NCBI GenBank assembly: GCA_963772835.1
Contig: CAVYYZ010000006.1
Span: forward strand, 32,001 to 96,000
Source of the DNA: an uncultured delta proteobacterium
GTDB taxonomy: Bacteria > Desulfobacterota > Desulfuromonadia > Geobacterales > Pseudopelobacteraceae
Direction: 5' to 3'
Length of the DNA: 64,000 nt
The notes beneath the pieces were generated by a model that was given only the letters and a program-made list of their open reading frames with translations, was not told the origin of the DNA and did no database searches. The translations under genes were made by a program, and so were the position numbers. Positions 55,887-64,000 of the stretch are shown here, in pieces. Positions within the stretch are counted from its first letter, which is position 1. Each line of letters starts with the position of its first letter.

Positions 55887-56661
55887 AATACTGTTTGTGG
55901 GGGATATCGTCGGAAAGCCCGGCCGTCAGGCGTTGTCGCGTGAACTGCATCGCCTGGTGGACCGGCACTCGATCGATATCGTGATTGCCAATGGTGAAAA
56001 TGCCGCCGGTGGTTTCGGGCTGACGGTCGAGGTTGCCAAGGAACTATTCGGTCACGGAATCCATCTGCTGACCGGCGGCAACCACATCTGGGACAAAAAA
56101 GAACAGGTGCCGCTGATTTTCGCCGACCGGCGCATTCTTCGCCCGGCCAATTATCCTGCCGGTGCGCCTGGAGTCGGGAGTACCGTTCTGTCAACTCCCG
56201 GGGGGGTCAAGGTCGCGGTTCTCAATCTGGAAGGGCGGGTTTTTATGAAAACCCTTGAGTGCCCTTTTCTGGTTGCCGACCGGGAAATAAAGCGCCTCAA
56301 GCTGGAGACTCCGATTATCTTTGTCGATTTTCACGCAGAGGCCACATCAGAGAAGTCGGCAATGGGGTGGTATCTGGATGGGCAGATCAGCGCTCTGGTC
56401 GGGACCCACACCCATGTGCAGACCGCCGACGAGCGGATCCTGCCGCAGGGAACGGCTTTTTTGACTGACGCCGGCATGACCGGCAGCTTTGATTCGGTCA
56501 TCGGCATGGGGAAGGAAGAAACTATCCACCGTTTTTTGACGCAGCTGCCGGCCAAGTTTGAAGTCGGCAAGAAGGATATCCGTCTGAATGCGGTCGTGAT
56601 CGGTGTTGATGAACAGAATGGCAAAGCGGTAAGTATTGAGCGTATTAATATCGGTTGCTAA
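55876..56661 (+). CDS. ymdB: YmdB-like metallophosphoesterase (TIGR00282)
   Basis: [42 protein letters not shown]. Confidence 0.92.
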   Translation: MPVKILFVGDIVGKPGRQALSRELHRLVDRHSIDIVIANGENAAGGFGLTVEVAKELFGHGIHLLTGGNHIWDKKEQVPLIFADRRILRPANYPAGAPGVGSTVLSTPGGVKVAVLNLEGRVFMKTLECPFLVADREIKRLKLETPIIFVDFHAEATSEKSAMGWYLDGQISALVGTHTHVQTADERILPQGTAFLTDAGMTGSFDSVIGMGKEETIHRFLTQLPAKFEVGKKDIRLNAVVIGVDEQNGKAVSIERINIGC

Positions 56662-56671
56662 ATCAAAATCC

Positions 56672-56753
56672 ACCACGGAGTTACGGAGACGCGGAGTAAA
56701 TTCATAATTTATGAATACGTTCCGGTTTTCTCTGCGCTTCGTGCCTTTGTGGT
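56672..56753 (+). repeat. REP-like long hairpin upstream of tyrS
   Basis: ACCACGGAG.TACGGAG.CGCGGAG pairs with CTCTGCG-CTTCGTG-C-CTTTGTGGT using G-U pairs on the + strand; related to the 28297-28436 element. Confidence 0.65.
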
Positions 56754-56775
56754 AAATTGTTTTGAGGTTCTCTCT

Positions 56776-57993
56776 ATGAATATGTCCGTAGCCGAACAGA
56801 TGGCCGTCATTAAGCGCGGTGCAGTTGAAGTCCTGATCGAAAAAGAAATGGAAGAAAAGCTGGCAAAGTCTCTTTCGACCGGAAAACCGTTGGTAATCAA
56901 AGCCGGCTTTGATCCGACCGCTCCCGATCTGCATCTGGGGCATACGGTTCTGATACAGAAGCTGCGTCATTTCCAGCTTCTGGGACATGAGGTCAATTTT
57001 CTGATCGGTGACTTCACCGGTATGATCGGCGATCCAACCGGCAAGTCCGAAACCCGCAAGGTGTTGACCCGTGAGGATGTGTTGAGCAACGCGGAAACAT
57101 ACAAGGAACAGGTTTTTAAGATCCTTGACCCGGAAAAGACCAAGGTTGTCTTCAACTCGACCTGGCTGAACGAATTGGGGTCGGCGGGCATGATCGCCCT
57201 GGCCTCCAAGTGCACCATGGCCCGAATGCTCGAGCGGGACGACTTTCACAAGCGCTTTACCTCCCAGCAGCCGATTGCCATCCATGAGTTTCTCTACCCG
57301 TTGGTGCAGGGGTATGATTCCGTTGCCATGAAGGCCGATGTCGAACTGGGGGGGACGGACCAGAAGTTTAACCTGCTGATGGGGCGCGAACTGCAGAGAG
57401 AGTGGGGGCAGGCGCCCCAGTGCATCCTGACCATGCCGCTTTTGGAAGGGCTGGACGGCGTCAACAAGATGTCAAAATCACTGGGCAACTACATTGGCGT
57501 CAGCGATCCGGGAGACGAAATATTCGGCAAGATCATGTCTATCTCTGACGATTTGATGTTGCGCTACTTTGAACTCCTTTCCGACATGACCCTGGCGGAA
57601 ATTGAGGTTCTGAAGCGTGATCTTAAGGATCATTCGCTGCATCCGATGGCCGCCAAGAAACAGCTGGGGCGAGAGATGGTTTCCCGCTTCCACGGTGCCG
57701 GTGCCGGGGAGATTGCCGAGGAAAACTTTGTCAAACGCTTCAAGGAGAACGAGATTCCGGAAGAGATGCCGCAGGTCAGTTTTGCCATGACCGACGGTGT
57801 AGTTCTGCTTGCCAGAGCCATGACCGAAGCCGGGCTTACCAAGTCGAACGGAGAAGGGCGCCGTGCGATCGATCAGGGAGGGGTCAAGCTGAATGGTGAG
57901 AAGGTCAGTGACACCAATCTGGAATTGACGGCTGCGGGGGAATACATCGTCCAGATCGGTCGGCGGCGGTTTGCGAGGATTGTGGTTTCGTAG
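56776..57993 (+). CDS. tyrS: Tyrosine--tRNA ligase
   Basis: [32 protein letters not shown]-terminal S4 domain. Confidence 0.96.
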   Translation: MNMSVAEQMAVIKRGAVEVLIEKEMEEKLAKSLSTGKPLVIKAGFDPTAPDLHLGHTVLIQKLRHFQLLGHEVNFLIGDFTGMIGDPTGKSETRKVLTREDVLSNAETYKEQVFKILDPEKTKVVFNSTWLNELGSAGMIALASKCTMARMLERDDFHKRFTSQQPIAIHEFLYPLVQGYDSVAMKADVELGGTDQKFNLLMGRELQREWGQAPQCILTMPLLEGLDGVNKMSKSLGNYIGVSDPGDEIFGKIMSISDDLMLRYFELLSDMTLAEIEVLKRDLKDHSLHPMAAKKQLGREMVSRFHGAGAGEIAEENFVKRFKENEIPEEMPQVSFAMTDGVVLLARAMTEAGLTKSNGEGRRAIDQGGVKLNGEKVSDTNLELTAAGEYIVQIGRRRFARIVVS

Positions 57994-58011
57994 GCCGGTT
58001 TATTTAATCGG

Positions 58012-58053
58012 ATACAATTGGGGGCCGGCGGAAACGCCGGCCCCCAATTGTAT
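58012..58053. terminator. 19-bp perfect hairpin between convergent tyrS and rnj
   Basis: ATACAATTGGGGGCCGGCG-gaaa-CGCCGGCCCCCAATTGTAT. Confidence 0.7.
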
Positions 58054-58073
58054 GAAAGCGGGATTAAAGCCTG

Positions 58074-59747
58074 CTACATCTCCATGATTACCGGCAGTAT
58101 CACCGGCCTGCGCTCGATGGTCTTCTTGCAGAAGCGACGCAACGCCTGGCGTACGGCGGTCTTGACCTCATCGGCATCACAGCGCATTTCAGTGTTGATC
58201 TCCTCCAGCGCGAACACCACCACCTTGCGGGCATCTTCAAGATACTCCTGGCTCTCATCCTCGAAGACAAAACCGCGCGAGACGATATCCGGGCCGTAAA
58301 TAATGGCGCCTGTCGTCATGTTGAGTCCGATGATGACCACAATCATACCGTCCTCCGAGAGATGCTTGCGGTCTCTCAGTACCATCCTTCCGACATCACC
58401 GACCCCTTTGCCGTCAACAAAAACCCTGCCGGACTCTATATGCTCCACAATCGCAGCGGTATCGGAATAAAATGAAACGACTTCACCGTTGGTCGCCAGA
58501 ATGCAGCGCTCTTTGGGAATGCCGACCGCATGTGCCAGCTGGATGTGTTTGACCAGATGGCGATATTCGCCATGAATCGGAATGAAAAAGCGCGGCCGCA
58601 CGGTATTGAGCATCAGCTTGAGCTCTTCCTGGCTGGCGTGACCTGATACGTGCACTTCAGATACTCTTTCATGGAATACTTCGGCCCCGCGACGGTAAAG
58701 ATGGTTGATCAGCTCCGAAATCGTGCGCTCATTGCCAGGGATGACTCTCGAGGAGAGGATGACGGTGTCACCTCTCTCCAGCTTGATCTGTTTGTGATCG
58801 TCCATGGCGATGCGGGTCAGAGCGCTCATCGGCTCCCCCTGACTGCCGGTGGAAATAATGCATACCTGCTCCGGCGGCAGGTGCGGGAGTTCACGTAAAT
58901 CCATCAGCTGTTCATCGGCCACCGTCAAATAGCCCAAATCCCGGGCGATCTGAACATTTTTAATCATTGAGCGTCCGTTCAGCAGTATCTTGCGGCCGCA
59001 GCGGGCCGCAACATCGACGACCTGCTGAACGCGGTGAATACTGCTGGAGAATGCTGCAACGATGATCCGGCCGGGACATTTCGGGAAAATATCGCCGAAG
59101 GCTTCACCGACATATTTCTCGGAAAGTGTGTACCCTTCCCGTTCCACATTGGTTGAATCAGAAAGCAGTGCCAGCACTCCCGCTTCACCGTAGCGGGACA
59201 GGCTTGCCAGGTCGGTCAGCTGGCCGTCAACCGGGGTGTGATCAATCTTGAAATCACCCGTGTGAATGACCACACCCTCCGGGCAGGTTATCGCGAGGGC
59301 GCAGCCGTCAACGATGGAGTGAGCTACACGCAGGAACTCGACCTGAAAACAACCGATATGTACGGTGTCCCGCGGTTTTACCGTTATCAGTTGAACCGAT
59401 CCGTCCAGTTTATACTCTTCAAGTTTAGCAGTAACCAGGCCGAGAGTAAGAGCGGTGCCGTATACCGGGACGTTCAGTTCCTGCAGCACAAAGGGGAGGG
59501 CGCCAATGTGGTCCTCGTGTCCGTGTGTAAGACAGATCGCACGGACATGTTCTGATCGCTCGCGAAGCCAGCTTATATCAGGGATAACGTAGTCAATACC
59601 GAGCATGTCGGGGGAGGGAAACATCAGGCCGCAATCGACGATCATAATGTCGTCACCATGCTGGTAGGCCATCATGTTCATGCCGATTTCGCCTAACCCG
59701 CCGAGGGCTACAATCTGAAGTGCAGAATATGATTCTATTTCATCCAT
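58074..59747 (-). CDS. rnj: Ribonuclease J
   Basis: LGGLGEIGMN, THGHEDHIG, HTGDFK, DSTN, GSQGEP, HVSGH, PIHGEYRH. Confidence 0.95.
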   Translation of the reverse strand: MDEIESYSALQIVALGGLGEIGMNMMAYQHGDDIMIVDCGLMFPSPDMLGIDYVIPDISWLRERSEHVRAICLTHGHEDHIGALPFVLQELNVPVYGTALTLGLVTAKLEEYKLDGSVQLITVKPRDTVHIGCFQVEFLRVAHSIVDGCALAITCPEGVVIHTGDFKIDHTPVDGQLTDLASLSRYGEAGVLALLSDSTNVEREGYTLSEKYVGEAFGDIFPKCPGRIIVAAFSSSIHRVQQVVDVAARCGRKILLNGRSMIKNVQIARDLGYLTVADEQLMDLRELPHLPPEQVCIISTGSQGEPMSALTRIAMDDHKQIKLERGDTVILSSRVIPGNERTISELINHLYRRGAEVFHERVSEVHVSGHASQEELKLMLNTVRPRFFIPIHGEYRHLVKHIQLAHAVGIPKERCILATNGEVVSFYSDTAAIVEHIESGRVFVDGKGVGDVGRMVLRDRKHLSEDGMIVVIIGLNMTTGAIIYGPDIVSRGFVFEDESQEYLEDARKVVVFALEEINTEMRCDADEVKTAVRQALRRFCKKTIERRPVILPVIMEM

Positions 59748-59750
59748 AGG

Positions 59751-60152
59751 TTATCTTTCTTGTTGCAGAGGTATAAGAGAAAAGATTTTTTTATCACATT
59801 GTGCAATCCAGAGCGTGCCGGGAGTAACCAGCCAGTGATCGGCGTAAAAGGAACTCCGCAGCGCCCGGTATGCAATAAGGGCGCGGTCAACATCTCCCCG
59901 GCGTTCATTGGTTTCCCCAATCTGCCATAATCTCCCGGCCGCTTTTTCGATTGCCGGGTGAAACGGGATATACATATGCAGTGCGGACTCAAACCCGGCG
60001 ACAGCACCGGCAAAATCTCCCCTGGTGAACGCTGCCTCACCCTGGTCGAATTGACTGTTCAGCCGCCACCAGGTTCCCGCTAAAAACATCAGAAGAGAGA
60101 TCAGGATGATGACGATGCCGTTGGCTATTATATGTTTTATCTTTTCATTCAT
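59751..60152 (-). CDS. Hypothetical membrane-anchored TPR-like protein
   Basis: RBS GGGGAG; N-terminal TM helix followed by helical repeats; tightly packed in the operon. Confidence 0.7.
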   Translation of the reverse strand: MNEKIKHIIANGIVIILISLLMFLAGTWWRLNSQFDQGEAAFTRGDFAGAVAGFESALHMYIPFHPAIEKAAGRLWQIGETNERRGDVDRALIAYRALRSSFYADHWLVTPGTLWIAQCDKKIFSLIPLQQER

Positions 60153-60235
60153 CAGATTAGCTCCCCCTGAAAAAAGGGATACGTACGTGTACAAAAACAT
60201 CTCGGCACACATGCCGCAGAAATATTTTTATCGTA

Positions 60236-60418
60236 CTAAAAAAAACCGGGAATAAGGATCAAAAGGACGCCCAGAGCAAAGGCGATCACTCCGCAGAGTA
60301 CAACGGCAGCAGCGGCACTGTCAAAGGGGCTCTTCAAACGGTGCGCAGCCGGCAGCCCCCAGGCCATGCATGCCAGGCCGGCAATAACCAGCGGTATATA
60401 CTGATAGCCGATGTCCAA
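60236..60418 (-). CDS. Small two-TM membrane protein
   Basis: 60 aa with two hydrophobic helices; starts immediately after the plsC stop. Confidence 0.6.
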   Translation of the reverse strand: MDIGYQYIPLVIAGLACMAWGLPAAHRLKSPFDSAAAAVVLCGVIAFALGVLLILIPGFF

Positions 60419-61123
60419 TTAATGCTCCAGTACGGATTCGATCGTTACTCTTACCGTCTCCAGCAGCCAGGTCTCAGCCTCGCTCCGTCGGAGTCCTGAA
60501 GGAATTATAACCGGAGGGTGCAGGGTAATGGTGATATCTCCGCTATACAGTCTGATCTGCCCCGCCGGATTTATCCTGCCGCTGCCGTTTATGGTAACCG
60601 GAACCACCGGGACATCTGCCTTGCGGGCCAGGATGAACCCGCCACGCTTGAATGGAAGCAGATTGCCGTCCGTTGTGCGGGTCCCCTCGGGAAACAGTAC
60701 CACGCTTTTGCCCTGATGAATCGTAGCAGCTGCATCATCGATACTCTGCAGCGCCTTGCGGCCATCGCCGCGATCAAGGGGTATATACCCGCCGCGCCGC
60801 ATGGAGGGGCCGAACACCGGAATTTCGAAGAGTTCTTTCTTGGCGATCCAGTAAAACTGCCGCGGCATGGCAGCCAGCAGCGACAAAATATCGAAGTTGC
60901 TCTGATGGTTGCTCATAAAAATTACCGGTCCATCAGGGAGATGTTCGCTTCCCGTAACCGTAACCTTTATCAGATTCAGCGCCAGTCCCAGCCGTCCCCA
61001 GAGTCGGGCATGCCGGGCATAGATCCGGCCGCTTGAATCAAACAGCGTCGAAATAATAGCGCTGATTGAAAAAAGAAATGTCAGAGGAATAAAAACAGCC
61101 AGGTAAAGGTATGCGCGAGCCAT
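60419..61123 (-). CDS. plsC: 1-acyl-sn-glycerol-3-phosphate acyltransferase
   Basis: NHQSNFD, AKKEL, IPLDR, FPEGTR, FKRGGF. Confidence 0.9.
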   Translation of the reverse strand: MARAYLYLAVFIPLTFLFSISAIISTLFDSSGRIYARHARLWGRLGLALNLIKVTVTGSEHLPDGPVIFMSNHQSNFDILSLLAAMPRQFYWIAKKELFEIPVFGPSMRRGGYIPLDRGDGRKALQSIDDAAATIHQGKSVVLFPEGTRTTDGNLLPFKRGGFILARKADVPVVPVTINGSGRINPAGQIRLYSGDITITLHPPVIIPSGLRRSEAETWLLETVRVTIESVLEH

Positions 61124-61209
61124 CTCGAACTCCTCGAATAAACTCTGACAAATTATATGTTTATCAGAGGTGAGTCAAACAAATTCTCGAAGAATGGCGA
61201 CGACATAGT

Positions 61210-61533
61210 CTAATCTAGGGTTGTACGGAGGCGTTTTTTTTCAGATGTGATCCTTTTCCCGGAGAGACGATTTTCTTTTGCCCGTTTCGGCACACGGGTG
61301 GAGATCCGCTTCTTTACCTTCCGCTCGCGCCGTTCCAACGCAACACGGAGACGCTCCATTGCAACCTCACGGTTTTGATACTGGGAACGATTTTCCGAGG
61401 CCTGGGCGACAATACCGGTCGGCAGATGACGGATGCGAACGGCAGAGTCGGTCGTGTTGCGATGCTGCCCACCCGGACCGGAGCCGCGGTAAAATTCGAC
61501 TTTTATATCAGCTTCGCGAATTTCAATTGTCAT
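61210..61533 (-). CDS. arfB: Peptidyl-tRNA hydrolase / ribosome rescue factor (RF-1 domain, ArfB-like)
   Basis: [29 protein letters not shown], basic C-terminal tail. Confidence 0.8.
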   Translation of the reverse strand: MTIEIREADIKVEFYRGSGPGGQHRNTTDSAVRIRHLPTGIVAQASENRSQYQNREVAMERLRVALERRERKVKKRISTRVPKRAKENRLSGKRITSEKKRLRTTLD

Positions 61534-61540
61534 TGGATGC

Positions 61541-62764
61541 TCATGCCTTCACACATATGGCATATTTAAGGTAGCGTCCTTCCGGGAAGGTTACCGGATA
61601 AGGGAAATCTTCCGGTTGGCCGAGCAGTGAGACCACCCGCAAGTCGCCACCGGACTGGAGTGCTCCGCGGCGCAGTTCTTTGAGGTACTCCGCAGTATCA
61701 ACTTTCTGATGATTGGATGATGTGATCATTATGCCGTTGTCCGTCAGCATGGGCAGGGCCGCCGCTACCAGGTCAGAGGTACCGCCGCGGGTGGTGAAAC
61801 GGCTCCTGGCCGTTGTGGAAAAAGAGGGCGGATCCATGATTATCACATCAAAACTTTTTCCGCTCTGTGCCAGCCTGCCCACTACTGACAGGCAGTCGCC
61901 GACAATGAACTCATGCTGCCGCGGATTAAGCCGGTTTGCAGCGAAGTTGTCTCTGGCCCAGTCAGTGTAGCCGGCAGAGGCATCCACGCTTGTCACCTGT
62001 GACGCGCCGGCAGAGGCAGCCGCTACAGAAAAAGCTCCGGTATAGGAGAACAGGTTGAGTACACGTTTTCCCTCCACCCGCCGCATCAGATCGCGACGGT
62101 TGCGGCGCTGATCGAGAAACAGTCCCGTGTTCAGCCCCTGCTCAAGGCTTACGATAAAGGTGAGACCGTTCTCCAGAACATTCAATCTCCGGGGTGCCGC
62201 TTTTCCGGCCAGCAGTCTGCCGTAACTTTTGCTGTCACTGACCGCTTCCAGTTCACGGGTTTTCTGCGGGCGGTTTTTTTCGTATATACCGTGAGGGTCC
62301 AGAAGCTCCTGCAGAATCTGTGTCACCTGTTTCAGATGCGGCCGCCATGCTGCACTGTAGAGCTGCAGCATCAGAAAGTCTCCGTACCGGTCGACCGTCA
62401 GTCCCGGCAGGCCATCTCCCTCGGCGTTCACTACGCGATATGCTGTAGAATCGTTCAGATCGGCATGATAGAGACGCAGATGTATGGCATTTCGCAGTCG
62501 TTCCGTCAGCCAGGGACGATCAAGCTGTATCCGCTTCCGGTCCAATACCCTGGCAATTATCCGTTCGTCCGGTTCAAGCAGAGCCGTGGCCAAAAAGCGT
62601 CCCTGGCTGTCGCACAGATTTACGGTCTGGCCGGGACTGCCGTCCGGCCACTTCCGGGTATAGGCGTCAGCGACGACCCAGGGGTGCCCCAGTTCCACCA
62701 TTCTGGCCGTTTCTGGGCCGACAATTCGTGCTGTATCCTTTGTGTTCACAGGGTTCTCCGTCAC
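61541..62764 (-). CDS. RlmI/RlmK-like class I SAM-dependent rRNA methyltransferase
   Basis: [42 protein letters not shown]. Start is GTG at 62764 or 62749. Confidence 0.85.
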   Translation of the reverse strand: MTENPVNTKDTARIVGPETARMVELGHPWVVADAYTRKWPDGSPGQTVNLCDSQGRFLATALLEPDERIIARVLDRKRIQLDRPWLTERLRNAIHLRLYHADLNDSTAYRVVNAEGDGLPGLTVDRYGDFLMLQLYSAAWRPHLKQVTQILQELLDPHGIYEKNRPQKTRELEAVSDSKSYGRLLAGKAAPRRLNVLENGLTFIVSLEQGLNTGLFLDQRRNRRDLMRRVEGKRVLNLFSYTGAFSVAAASAGASQVTSVDASAGYTDWARDNFAANRLNPRQHEFIVGDCLSVVGRLAQSGKSFDVIIMDPPSFSTTARSRFTTRGGTSDLVAAALPMLTDNGIMITSSNHQKVDTAEYLKELRRGALQSGGDLRVVSLLGQPEDFPYPVTFPEGRYLKYAICVKA

Positions 62765-62765
62765 A

Positions 62766-63263
62766 TTATTTTGAGAATCTGTTCCCGCAATCTTCCTGAC
62801 CGCCGCGGATCTTTTCGACGGCGTGACCGAGCGTCGGCCAGATCGCCTCCAGATTTTCCAGTGCACCTCTTGGACTGCCCGGGAGGTTGATGATCAACGA
62901 CTGATTGCGGATACCCGCTACAGCGCGGGACAGGGAAGCCATCGGAGTTTTTTCAAGGCTCCTGATGCGCATCAGTTCGCCGAGACCCGGGATAACACGC
63001 TCCACGACCCGTAGCGTTGCTTCAGGAGTGATATCCCGGGGTGAAACGCCGGTACCGCCGGTTGTCAGGATCAGGTCGGCCACATCGGTGTCGGCCCATT
63101 CCGTGAGCACTTCCACAATCTGATCAAACTCATCAGCAATGATCTGCAGCAGAACGGTCTGTACCCCGCGCTCCGCCAGCCAGGCCGCCAATGCAGGGCC
63201 GCTTTCGTCAACCCGTTCTCCCCGGGAACCTTTGTCGCTTAAGGTCAGGATAGCAGCTCTCAT
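62766..63263 (-). CDS. mogA: Molybdopterin adenylyltransferase (MogA/MoaB)
   Basis: LTLSD, DESGP, TTGGTG.SPRD.TPEAT, SRAVAG, NLPGSP; RBS GGAGG. Confidence 0.9.
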   Translation of the reverse strand: MRAAILTLSDKGSRGERVDESGPALAAWLAERGVQTVLLQIIADEFDQIVEVLTEWADTDVADLILTTGGTGVSPRDITPEATLRVVERVIPGLGELMRIRSLEKTPMASLSRAVAGIRNQSLIINLPGSPRGALENLEAIWPTLGHAVEKIRGGQEDCGNRFSK

Positions 63264-63539
63264 TACTTTTCCTCCTGCAGATTGTGCGTTGTCAACACAG
63301 AACCTGCGCTGTTTTATGTACTCATCCATCAATAGCTGCGAATGGAGTTGCAGTATAGTGCAGTTGCCAATCGAGGTCCATGTGATTGTGGCGTGTGATT
63401 CGTTATTGCATCTTAGATGCATTTATGCATAATGCCGTGACAGAGTCTGTCCGGATGAATTGACGCGTGACATACCTCTCATAACCTGTGACCGTATATT
63501 CCCGCCACATATCTGTAACTTTATAGCGAGGTCCCTGAA

Positions 63540-64000
63540 ATGTCAGTAAAAATCGCCCCTGCTCCGGGTGCCGGCGCCATCAACTCCGTCAGTACACTTC
63601 ACGTTGACAGTTTCAGCCAGGCACTGGTTGACGCCATGGGAGTCGGCTTTCTGGCGGTAAACACCTCGGGATTCACCATTCTGTCCAATCATATCGCCCG
63701 TGAGAGTTTAGGAACGTATTCAGGCGCCGATCTGAAAGAAGTATTTCCCGAGTTGTGGCCAAAAACCCAACAGATACTAACGGGGAGAAAACAAAACAGT
63801 GAATTTACGCTGCGTCGGGAAAAGAAAAACTATCTGATCAGAATCAATCCGATAGCAATCGATTCTGAGCAGGTCGGGGCGATCTGTGTATTTGTTGAGA
63901 GTTCCGGACTGGAAGAAATGGCGATGCAGATGAGTTTCTTTCAGGAGATCATCGGGGAGCTGGAGGCCGTTATCAATTCATCATCAGAAGGGCTCTGGAT
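63540..64000 (+). CDS. PAS-domain protein (3' truncated), possibly a sigma-54 activator or sensor
   Basis: Open from ATG at 63540 (after GAGG) to the window end: MSVKIAP...LVDAMGVGFLAVN..G....N..A...; a second PAS begins at ELEAVINSSSEGLW. Confidence 0.65.
   Translation, partial: MSVKIAPAPGAGAINSVSTLHVDSFSQALVDAMGVGFLAVNTSGFTILSNHIARESLGTYSGADLKEVFPELWPKTQQILTGRKQNSEFTLRREKKNYLIRINPIAIDSEQVGAICVFVESSGLEEMAMQMSFFQEIIGELEAVINSSSEGLW

Noticed and set aside
56662..56775. T-box riboswitch upstream of tyrS
   Set aside because: The gap is only ~115 bp, with no T-box consensus (GGTGGNACCGCG) and no terminator; only a hairpin is present.
63264..63400. Moco riboswitch or sigma-54 promoter upstream of mogA
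   Set aside because: No CTCCGAG/CCTCC/GAAAGG pattern, and no correctly spaced GG-N10-GC consensus on the minus strand.
1..64000. Transposases, integrases, prophage, defence systems, tRNA/rRNA, frameshifted pseudogenes
   Set aside because: None recognised. Almost all long ORFs are assigned, appear intact and are tightly packed.

Overview
This is a gene-dense bacterial chromosomal window with no mobile elements, tRNA/rRNA genes or CRISPR arrays. Gene content and riboswitch types suggest a Geobacteraceae/Desulfuromonadales-like anaerobe (inference). From left to right: (1) a 5'-truncated ABC-F ATPase (uup) and an MFS transporter; (2) a six-gene envelope lipoprotein operon (COG3014-like, two CsgG-like proteins, YcfL-like, LpoB-like, DUF1566); (3) a ~29 kb lipid-scavenging region with a glycerophospholipid head-group operon, a MerR regulator, a 12-gene beta-oxidation operon, and a divergent operon encoding an RHH protein, FadL, a secreted lipase and an SCP2-like protein. 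The two divergent promoters have identical -35/-10 hexamers and share an 18-bp palindromic operator. (4) SulP, then an operon (degenerate MoaE, porin, FG-GAP protein, two TupA paralogues) behind two tandem P3-less Moco/Tuco-type riboswitches; (5) smc, a Thr-rich FN3 lipoprotein behind an A20-type (c-AMP-GMP-type) GEMM-I riboswitch, and mtgA; (6) a housekeeping block (ftsY, zapB, zapA, probable 6S RNA, 5-FTHF cyclo-ligase, rny, ymdB, tyrS, rnj, plsC, arfB, RlmI-like methyltransferase, mogA) and a 3'-truncated PAS protein. Several long intergenic hairpins are present, two of which belong to one REP-like family. All family calls come from motif recognition by eye; no database searches were run.
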